From: Iphione sp. A-MEVVRFRX5
Taxonomy: Eukaryota
Direction: 5' to 3'
NCBI GenBank assembly: GCA_976226885.1
Contig: OZ320322.1
Location: 23,746,001-23,810,000, forward strand
Length of the DNA: 64,000 nt
The notes below the pieces were generated by a model that saw only the letters and a program-made list of their open reading frames with translations, searched no databases and was not told the DNA's origin. Each line of letters begins with the position of its first letter. Position 1 is the first letter of the stretch. Of this stretch, positions 1 to 7,892 are shown one piece after another. Position numbers and translations under genes: made by a program.

Positions 1-60
1 CAAAGTCCGTTGTCCGTAGTGCCATGTTCGGAGTGCGATGTTTCCATCTGACGGTATATA

Positions 61-650
61 TTACTCACAAATGTTCATCCCAACAGGTCGGTATGTACCC
101 AAAAGCCTAATCCAGGCTTCTTCTAGTCTAAGTCTGTTGTTAAGACTTCTCCGTGTGGTGTCCAAGTGTTGGGCAGTTACGTCAGCTATGGTGCATGGGT
201 GTGTATTGAAATGTGTGGCTATCAGCTTCAGTGTATTTTTCTATGAAAAATTTGTTTGTCTCGCAGATCTTTGTATCAGTGTTAAATGTGACAAGACTTG
301 GAACAGTGTTTAAGCCATTGTATTTTGTGTCGAGTGACTGTGCAAACAAAGTGAATCTTATCAGTGATACTGTTAGTGTTGACACTTGAGTATGTACAGT
401 AATATGAATTTGTATTGCACCGTATTGTTTGCTTATATAAAGATACAGGTGGTCTTGTATCTAAAGTATTGTGTTTGAGTATTTAGGCTTGATAAGCCGT
501 TTATATATGAATATGGTATGTTTCTATCAAATATTAAGTAATTGTTTGGTCATAATTTTGGGTTAAATTTTGGGATAAGCCTGTGCTAAGGATGTATAAA
601 AATATAAAAGATCTATGTTGTCATGGAAAAGTACCAGATGTAACATCTCA
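61..650 (-). mobile_element. Degenerate Penelope-like retroelement remnant (GIY-YIG endonuclease C-terminus plus RT C-terminal traces)
   Basis: Manual minus-strand translation ending at TAA 63-61 gives IATHFNTHPCTIADV...RLRLEEAWIRLLGTYRPVGMN, matching the HFN...RE..WI..L.T..P.GLN tail of Penelope GIY-YIG domains. Upstream RPPVSLYKQ resembles the PP..YRR motif after Penelope RT. The frame is broken by stops and frameshifts. Confidence 0.55.
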
Positions 651-653
651 AGT

Positions 654-775
654 ATATATGTAATATATGAATTATATCAATATATGTAGCAAAAGCACCA
701 TGGAGACCTATGTAACCTAGCAACTATAGACAACACGTCACGATTGTTCTATAACGACATAGCATCTGAAATTTT
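654..775 (+). repeat. Ngaro terminal repeat A1 (122 bp)
   Basis: Direct repeat of 4611-4732; 3 mismatches, all in the first ~36 bp. Confidence 0.92.
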
Positions 776-811
776 GAGCGCTGAAGACGTATCCTGCGCT
801 GCCGAGTGAAG

Positions 812-1645
812 ATGGAGAAATATTGTAAAAAATGCTCCGTGAAGCACCCACCACCGGTGGGGAAGAATTGCAGGAAGACTTCAGAGGTGGTTTTCGAGCA
901 TGTTAATGATGATGAAGGGAAGAAAACCCAGGGAGTTGATGTCGAGAAGCGCGTGGAGAAGATCGAGACGATGCTTCAAGCCCTGTTATCCAGTGGAACT
1001 GGCGACTTGAAGAAGAAAGGCCGAGCAGACGGTTCAAGTTCTTCTGAGAGTGACTCATCAAGTGACTCGGACTCTGATAACGAGTCTGTTCAAGGTGCCA
1101 AGAAGAAAGAGACAAAGAAAGGTAAAGAGCCTAAGAAACTGTCGATTTCCTCTTATGTAAAGAGTGGGAAGGTGGACAATTTCGAGGACTTGATCGTAGG
1201 CTCTATGGGTCTATTGAAGGCGTTGATTGCGAAGGGCAAGAAAGTTGGAGGATATATAGACCATATATCTTTCTTAGCTGATAGGGCTGCTTCAAGAATC
1301 TACACGAACGAGGCTCTTATTTCCTATGATAGGGAAATGAGGGATAAGGCCAGGAAAGAAGGACTGGACTCGTTTTGTTTCGGGGACACGGTGAATATTC
1401 ACAAGTTCCTAAGTTTGGATGCGACAGTCGATGTGGCTAGACAGAGGGATGCTAAGAAAAGGTCCAAGAAGTCATCGGGTATTTGTTTTAAATATAACAA
1501 CAGTACATGTGATGACGCGAGCTGCAAATACAAGCATGGTTGCCTCACTTGCCTCAAGATGGGGCACCGGTCTTCAGATTGTTACCAGAGTAAGTCGTCA
1601 GGTGGAGACTCTGGTAAAACCAAATCTACGTCAAAGAAGGACTGA
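812..1645 (+). CDS. Gag-like ORF1 of the Ngaro element (zinc-finger nucleic-acid-binding protein)
   Basis: ATG at 812. N-terminal C-x2-C-x3-H-x7-C, Ser/Asp/Lys-rich linker, C-terminal C-x7-C-x4-C-x3-H followed directly by a CCHC knuckle (CLTCLKMGHRSSDC). Confidence 0.85.
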   Translation: MEKYCKKCSVKHPPPVGKNCRKTSEVVFEHVNDDEGKKTQGVDVEKRVEKIETMLQALLSSGTGDLKKKGRADGSSSSESDSSSDSDSDNESVQGAKKKETKKGKEPKKLSISSYVKSGKVDNFEDLIVGSMGLLKALIAKGKKVGGYIDHISFLADRAASRIYTNEALISYDREMRDKARKEGLDSFCFGDTVNIHKFLSLDATVDVARQRDAKKRSKKSSGICFKYNNSTCDDASCKYKHGCLTCLKMGHRSSDCYQSKSSGGDSGKTKSTSKKD

Positions 1646-3676
1646 CTAGCACGTCAAAGAGACTGTGTTGTGACTACTCCAGATAATTGTGAGTTTGGTG
1701 ATAATCTTGACTCTATTGCAGGTGATTATTCACATGAGATTTCACCGTTAAACATGTCTGGGGGAATTGAGAATTTAAAGGAAGAACCAGTAAGTGATGC
1801 TGAGTGCGATGTTTGTTGTAACGCTGAAAGTAAACAACGTCGTAATATTGAGATTCGCAGTGTATTGAGGGAATATGTCAATTATTCTGAAGCTGCTGTT
1901 GATGATGTGTTCTTGTATGTTATGAGCTACAATAAGGATAGTGTTATCCCTATTAATGAAAGCTGTATTGATGGGAACTGTAACTGTGAGCACTTTCTAG
2001 GTGGAATGATAAATCCATTGAAGCCATGTAGGAACTTCATGGTTCTGAATCGTTCAAGTATGGAAGACGAGAAATTGTTGTATCTCTGGAAGGGAATTAG
2101 TCAGGGATTCGATATTGTGGATGAAAGTTGTAATACATCTTATTCTTGCCCGAATTATAAGTCCATTTTGACGAGTGAATTCAGTGAGCAGATGTCTGCT
2201 AAATTGAAAAGTGAAATTGAGTGTGGTTTTGTGAGTGAGTGTGAGAATGCCCCTCAATGTGTAAATGCTCTAGGTGGCGTACCTAAAAGTGACGGGAAGC
2301 TCAGACCGATAACAGACTGTTCGATGCCTCCTAAAAAAGCTATTAATAATTTCATGGAGACAACGCATAGAGAGTTTAAATACAAATCTGTCGATGATGT
2401 GTGTGAATTCCTTTGTGAGGGTGAGTGGATGGCAACTTGCGATATTAAGAGCGCATATCGGTCGGTGCTGGTGAATCCTGAACATAGAAAATTTCAAGGT
2501 TTCAGCTGGAAGCATGAGGGAGAGAACGAGAGGTATTACGTGAATAACTCATTATGCTTCGGATTAAAGTGTGCACCTTTCATATTCAGTCAGTTGTCTG
2601 ATATGATAGTGAGTGAATTTGAGTTCAGATGTGGTGCAAGGATAATTAATTATTTGGATGATTTTATCGTGGTTGGTGTGAGTGAGGAAGAGTGTCAGAA
2701 ATTCCAGATGATCTTGAAGGATGTAATTCAAAGTGTGGGTTTTGTGGTTTCAAAGGAAAAGTGTGCTTGTGCCTCACAAGTCTGTAAGTTCCTAGGAATT
2801 ATCATTGATTCAATTAGGATGGAGTTGAGGCTTCCAGAAGGGAAAGTGGTCGAAGTGAAAGAAAAAATAATGAGAAGTCTTGAGGTTGGCTGCTTGAGTA
2901 AAAGAGAGATGGAGAGTCTAGCAGGTCTACTTTCCCACTGTTCTACAGTGGTGAAAGGAGGGAGGACTTATACAAGGTCCTTGTATGACTGTATTAAGGT
3001 AATTGAGAGGCCACATAAAGTGGTGCCTTTGAATGAGACAGTGTTGAGTGACCTGAGATGGTGGATGAACTTTATAGAAAGTTTCAATGGAAAAAAGAGG
3101 ATTATTAGAACGAGGGAGATTGAGGCAGTAATTACTACTGATTCATCCCTTGAAGGTTTCGGAGGATGGTGTGGCTTGGACTGGTTCTATGGAGAGTGGA
3201 CCAATTCAGCAAATTTGAAGGAGGGTGAACATCATCACCTGGAGAAATGTCCCACTATGGAGGATTATGATGATCACATCAACGTCTATGAGTTATGGGC
3301 GGTTGTGGTTGCTCTGAAAAGGTGGGGGAATAGGTTGAGAGATAAGATGGTGTTAATTCGTGTCGACAACACCTCTGTCATGTATATGTTGAAGAGTGGG
3401 AGGAGCTCGAATAAATGTTGTATGAGATGGCTAAGAGAAATATTTTGGACATGTGTTTTTATGAACATTTATTTTAGAGTGGAGTATATCAGTACGGATG
3501 ATAATGTGGAGGCTGACATCTTGTCAAGACTAGGTGATGGCATGCAGTCTGTTAGGCTTGATAGCAATGAATGGGCCAAGACAGCGTGTTGCAAGAACAT
3601 GTTGTTTTCTCTTTCTAGGAAAACTCCACCAATTGAGGGTGGATGTGGAAGCCTTGAAGGAGAAGTCCTTATCTGA
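1646..3676 (+). CDS. Reverse transcriptase / RNase H (ORF2), in frame with gag after a single TGA
   Basis: RT motifs KLRPITDCS, CDIKSAYR, LCFGLKCAPFIF, YLDD, KFLGIII. RNase H motifs TTDSSLEGFGG, HINVYELWAV, RVDN, NVEADILSR. The frame is open from 1646; first ATG at 1754. Confidence 0.92.
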   Translation, partial: LARQRDCVVTTPDNCEFGDNLDSIAGDYSHEISPLNMSGGIENLKEEPVSDAECDVCCNAESKQRRNIEIRSVLREYVNYSEAAVDDVFLYVMSYNKDSVIPINESCIDGNCNCEHFLGGMINPLKPCRNFMVLNRSSMEDEKLLYLWKGISQGFDIVDESCNTSYSCPNYKSILTSEFSEQMSAKLKSEIECGFVSECENAPQCVNALGGVPKSDGKLRPITDCSMPPKKAINNFMETTHREFKYKSVDDVCEFLCEGEWMATCDIKSAYRSVLVNPEHRKFQGFSWKHEGENERYYVNNSLCFGLKCAPFIFSQLSDMIVSEFEFRCGARIINYLDDFIVVGVSEEECQKFQMILKDVIQSVGFVVSKEKCACASQVCKFLGIIIDSIRMELRLPEGKVVEVKEKIMRSLEVGCLSKREMESLAGLLSHCSTVVKGGRTYTRSLYDCIKVIERPHKVVPLNETVLSDLRWWMNFIESFNGKKRIIRTREIEAVITTDSSLEGFGGWCGLDWFYGEWTNSANLKEGEHHHLEKCPTMEDYDDHINVYELWAVVVALKRWGNRLRDKMVLIRVDNTSVMYMLKSGRSSNKCCMRWLREIFWTCVFMNIYFRVEYISTDDNVEADILSRLGDGMQSVRLDSNEWAKTACCKNMLFSLSRKTPPIEGGCGSLEGEVLI

Positions 3677-4556
3677 GAACTCCAGGAAGTGCCGTTCAAT
3701 GCAGCTAAAGAAATACGAAGATTTTTGTAGTTATTTTGAGTTGTGAGCTTTTCCATGCAGTAATTATCAAGCGTGTTTATACACTGCCTTTCTAGGTAGG
3801 AGCATGTGTTTTAGCTCAATTAGGAATTATTTGTCTGGTTTAATTTATTGGTGTAGGGTTTTTGGTGTAGTCCCTCCAGATTTGAGGGATTTTGGTTTAT
3901 ATCAAGTATTGGCTGGGTTAAAACGTACTAGAGACAGAGCCCCAGTGAGAGCTCATCCATTCAGTTTGCATGATTTAGAAGTCATTTTTGACAAGCTTGA
4001 CATGTCTTGGGATCGTGATTTTGTCTTTTGGTTGGCATGTATTTTAGCTTTCAGATGTTTACTCCGCAAGGAGTCTTTCATTGCCCCGTGCGGTTTGACT
4101 TGGGGGGATATCGAATTTGTGGATTTCGGGGTATTAGTACATGTTAATAAGGGTAAAACTATCATTTCATCTAATGAAGGATTTACCATTCCACTGTTTA
4201 CGTGCCGATCTTTCAAGTTTTGTGCAGTGACATGGCTAAAAATCTGGAAAAGTAAGCAGTATGTAAATGATAGGCAATGTATTTTCTCCTATAAAAGGGG
4301 GAAAAGACTTTATGTGCTCCGTTATGCTGACTTCATGAGTAAACTTAAAGTTGTTTGTTCTAACTTGGAGATTAAAGGGAAAGTTTCTTCACACTCCTTT
4401 CGTAGGGGGGGATCTACATTTTTAGCCTCAAGGGGTATAGATATTTCAGCTATTATGAGTAGGGGCCATTGGAGCTCTGGTTGTGTTTATAGATATATTG
4501 ATGTAGATTATTTAAACATATTTAAATCTGAGAGTATTGTTATTTCTTCTCTTTGA
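3619..4556 (+). pseudogene. Tyrosine recombinase (ORF3) interrupted by one in-frame TGA at 3744-3746
   Basis: Track ORFs 3534-3746 and 3804-4556 share a frame: ...KYEDFCSYFEL*AFPCSNYQACLYTAFLGRSMCFSSIRNYLSGL... Catalytic set present: LLR, SHSFRRGG (HxxR), GHWSS, YRY. Confidence 0.85.
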
Positions 4557-4566
4557 TTGGGTTTGG

Positions 4567-4821
4567 GGCTTGCTTGTTATTCCCCAACCTGTCGTTGTGT
4601 CATTGTAGACATATATGTAATATAAGAATTATATCAGTATATGTCGCAAAAGCACCATGGAGACCTATGTAACCTAGCAACTATAGACAACACGTCACGA
4701 TTGTTCTATAACGACATAGCATCTGAAATTTTTATCTTTTATTATATTGACTGTGATATTGTAATAAAGGCTTGCTTGTTATTCCCCAACCTGTCGTTGT
4801 GTCATTGTAGACATATATGTA
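4567..4821 (+). repeat. Ngaro right-end repeats B1-A2-spacer-B2
   Basis: B1 4567-4619 is identical to B2 4769-4821 (53 bp; its last 9 bp are shared with the start of A). A2 is 4611-4732. Confidence 0.92.
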
Positions 4822-4988
4822 TATATGTTCTGAGCATCATATGGAAATCTCCTGTCAAGGCGAATTTGAAAGCTCAATAAAATTGTTGAAATCTGAAAAA
4901 CTGAAATCTGACTTTATGAGACCCTGGATGCCAGGCACTAGTGATGTCATGATACTAAAAGACTTTACGACTCATTATGTTTGTGACA

Positions 4989-5239
4989 TGTGAAGAACGA
5001 CCGTATCCGGTTACTGGTATTTAGGATGTCTTGTCGACATCGGCTAGTGAGATATAAAAGCTCTGTGGTTTGATGCTATTGTCAGACTCGCCTTCGTGTT
5101 GCTGTTGAGATGCTGACTTGCTGTACTGGTTGATGTTGAGAAGAATAAAAGAACCTGACTTGTGATGTTGGCTTCGTGCTACAGCCCTGGGGCTGGCTGG
5201 TGTAATGCACAATCGCACATGGTGTTAACCGAGTGGATT
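4989..5239 (+). mobile_element. Putative orphan 5' LTR followed by a PBS-like motif
   Basis: TGTG...CACA ends (4989-5219), TATAAAA at 5053, AATAAA at 5144, then TGGTGTTAACCGAGTGGATT, resembling a tRNA-Leu PBS. No partner LTR or TSD seen. Confidence 0.35.
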
Positions 5240-5311
5240 AGGGTGGACCTACTGTAAATGCCAAACTAAATACCTCACGCCAGGTCAAATCAGGTGTCGG
5301 AGCTGTGAAAA

Positions 5312-5391
5312 GGTCCCTGAGGGGACTCGAACCCACACAGCTTCATTCTGCCTAAGGGAGTCAGTGATCTAACCCACTAGGCCACAGAGAC
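5312..5391 (-). ncRNA. tRNA-derived Pol III unit (SINE head or tRNA pseudogene)
   Basis: A box TGGCCTAGTGG, B box GGTTCGAGTCC, acceptor stem GTCTCTG/CAGGGAC fully paired, TTTT right after. The anticodon arm is non-canonical. Confidence 0.55.
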
Positions 5392-5548
5392 GTGACTATG
5401 GTTAGAGAATATGGCCTGGTTTCCTTGCATGCGGTGAGGTCCGTGAGTGATTCTGTGTGGTTCTGAGTGTTTTTTTCTACTTGGACAGGCACTGTCTATC
5501 ATGTGATCATATGATATGAAATTTTCAAATTTGCGTATCATTTGTATA

Positions 5549-5655
5549 AAAAAACTCGTCAATTACACAGATTTAGGTGAAATTTCCTTCAAATCAGCAT
5601 AAAAAACTTGTCATTTACACAGATTTGGGTGGAATTCCTTCCGATGAGCAAGACA
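5549..5655 (+). repeat. Two units of a ~51-bp minisatellite (same family as 42841-43220)
   Basis: Unit aaaaact..catttacacagatttgggtggaattcctt..gatcagca. Confidence 0.7.
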
Positions 5656-5747
5656 AGTGGCAAGGAAAATGTCTATTCTGTGGTACAGAGATGCTGGAAA
5701 AGTATATAGAGGATGAATGTACAGACGTGCGTGGTGCTTTTTTTCAA

Positions 5748-5849
5748 GATACACCAGTGTAAAAGTGGTACAAATTATGCAACTCTTTTTCAGAAATCGA
5801 TACACCAGTGTAAAAGTGGTACAAATTATGCAACTCTTTTTCAGAAATC
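5748..5849 (+). repeat. Perfect 51-bp tandem duplication
   Basis: gatacaccagtgtaaaagtggtacaaattatgcaactctttttcagaaatc at 5748 and 5799, followed by a degenerate partial third unit. Confidence 0.9.
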
Positions 5850-7892
5850 CATACCGGTACGCAAAAAACACAAATTATGCAGCATGCACCTTTTGTGGAG
5901 AAAGATATGGAAAACGGGGTGTAAATTCCATGCGTTAAAAAATGCACCGGCACATCAGTGTACTCCGGTCAGTATTTCCTCCTGAGCACACATGTTCACG
6001 TGAAAACATACTGGACCTTGACCAGACATTCATTATCAGGTAGCAGACACATGACATAAGCCGAAGTCAGAATGCGATTATTCTCTCCAGATAAATCACT
6101 CGATCAAGTCTTCCATGAACAGTGATGATGCCAACGAAACAATATTAAATCCAAAGTGACAAAACATCAACAAGAACTTTTTTCGATGTTAAGAACAGAT
6201 GTGTATATGTGTGATGTATATAAGGGTGAAAAAATCACAAAGGTTGGGATATATGATATAGTACTTAAACGTTGTATTTATAGAGCTGCTATATTAGGTA
6301 GGACACGATGTGTTAAATTGTCACTGCTACCTTTAATAACTTGCACTCGCCGGATGCAACATTTGATTGAGTTCAGGTTAAATTCGATGTTTGAATTGTT
6401 ATCGTGGTAGGTTCTTCACTCACTGGGCTATGGACTTCGGGCCATATGTATTGAAAGGCGAGTGAGGTACTCCAACCAAAATACACTGTGTTGATTGGCT
6501 GGGAGAGGCCTCGAGAGAGAGGGTCAAAATTCACTGCATATCCACAATTGTCTCTTTAACGTAATGACATGTTTCCCCTCTCTGCATATAAATAGAGAAG
6601 GGTGCAGAGCTCTCTTCCTTTTATCACTCCACGGTATTGCTGTCGGACACGCGTTCACTTCGGTCAACGACCTCCAACTCCATTCAGGTGTGAATTTTTA
6701 AGATTTTAGTGGTCAATATTTTAATTTTTTCAGGTTTATGATTTGATCCTGAACTAAGTGGTGATATTGAAGTATGAATTGCAATATCGCGGTCTAAATT
6801 TTCCTTCGGCTAGAAAAGGAAGAATACACTATACTGTATGTGCTTTTCCATAAGGGCAAGGTTATAACTTAACCTTATCTTTAATGAGAAATCAACAGTG
6901 GTTTTCAGTTTTCTCGAAGTTGCTTTGTTTCGGGGCTGAGAAGTCGGCCAAAAATAGATCACGCTTCGCCTATTTTGACTGCATTTCAAGCTGTTAGCAA
7001 AGGTACATAGGTGTCCTACTCCCCTCATCTGTAGCGAATCGTCTGAAAAATATACTACGCTTCTACGGCCTACTTGTTCCCATTTCTGTGGTGATGGACA
7101 GTGCAATCTATTCTTTGGTATTATTGTTAAAAATACATGTAAACAGTCGAAAAATTATATAAACGTCGGTACGAACTGAGGATGTCTTTTTAAAAGTTAT
7201 TTGAGGTACCGGTAGAAAAATAAGACAAAACCAAACGGGCATTCATTTAACTTTCCCAACAGGAAACTCATTCTGTTTGTTATTATAAAGTGAATCAACA
7301 GTGACTGGTAGTAACTGGTTTTAAAAGCAAGAAAGAGAAAACAAGGGTAGAAGAGATCCGAGAAGGGTGAGGATGAGAATAAAGTGTTGGAAAAGAAGGG
7401 GGGGTGAACATATGGAGAAAAGGGGGAGAAGCAGGATGGTATACGAAAAGCGAAGAAGAGTGCTAGGGAAAGCAGAGTGGAGGAAAGTGAAGGAAAAGAA
7501 ACATGAGTGGGGGGAGATCTATTCTTTCCCTCATCGAAGACCGCCCTGAAACTAATCGAAAATATCCGAGGTTCTATGATATATGTATGAGAATGCGTGT
7601 AATTTATAAATGAGTCTGGTTTGATATGGCTTTGCTTATTGTATACAGAAGGTGCCAAAAGTGTAAAATCAATGCCAATGTACTCAATACTCCAACTCCG
7701 ATGTGCATCTATACTATCGTTAGGTGTTACGCAAGACGCACTTGGACTGTAGGGCCCTAGTATCTGCAAAGCTGCCTCGTGTTCCGGATGGGGTAAAAGG
7801 TTACAATTTGTCACAGTTCATAATCCTCTCCGTACTGATTGTGTTTAACAGACGTCAACCAGAAAATTGAACTAGATAGTAAATTAGGAAAC

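Larger units (their letters stand above)
654..4821 (+). mobile_element. Ngaro-type (DIRS order) tyrosine-recombinase retrotransposon, full length
   Basis: ORF order gag, RT/RNase H, YR with no methyltransferase domain. Split direct repeats A1 (654-775) ... B1 (4567-4619), A2 (4611-4732), B2 (4769-4821). AATAAA at 4763-4768. Confidence 0.9.

Noticed and set aside
1650-1715. Stimulatory stem-loop after the gag UGA
   Set aside because: Only a ~7-bp imperfect pairing (gtcaa(a)ga / tcttgac) is visible by eye; not supportable without folding.
5312-5391. Functional tRNA gene
   Set aside because: The anticodon loop lacks U33 and purine 37, and the D and T stems have mismatches; kept only as a tRNA-derived unit.
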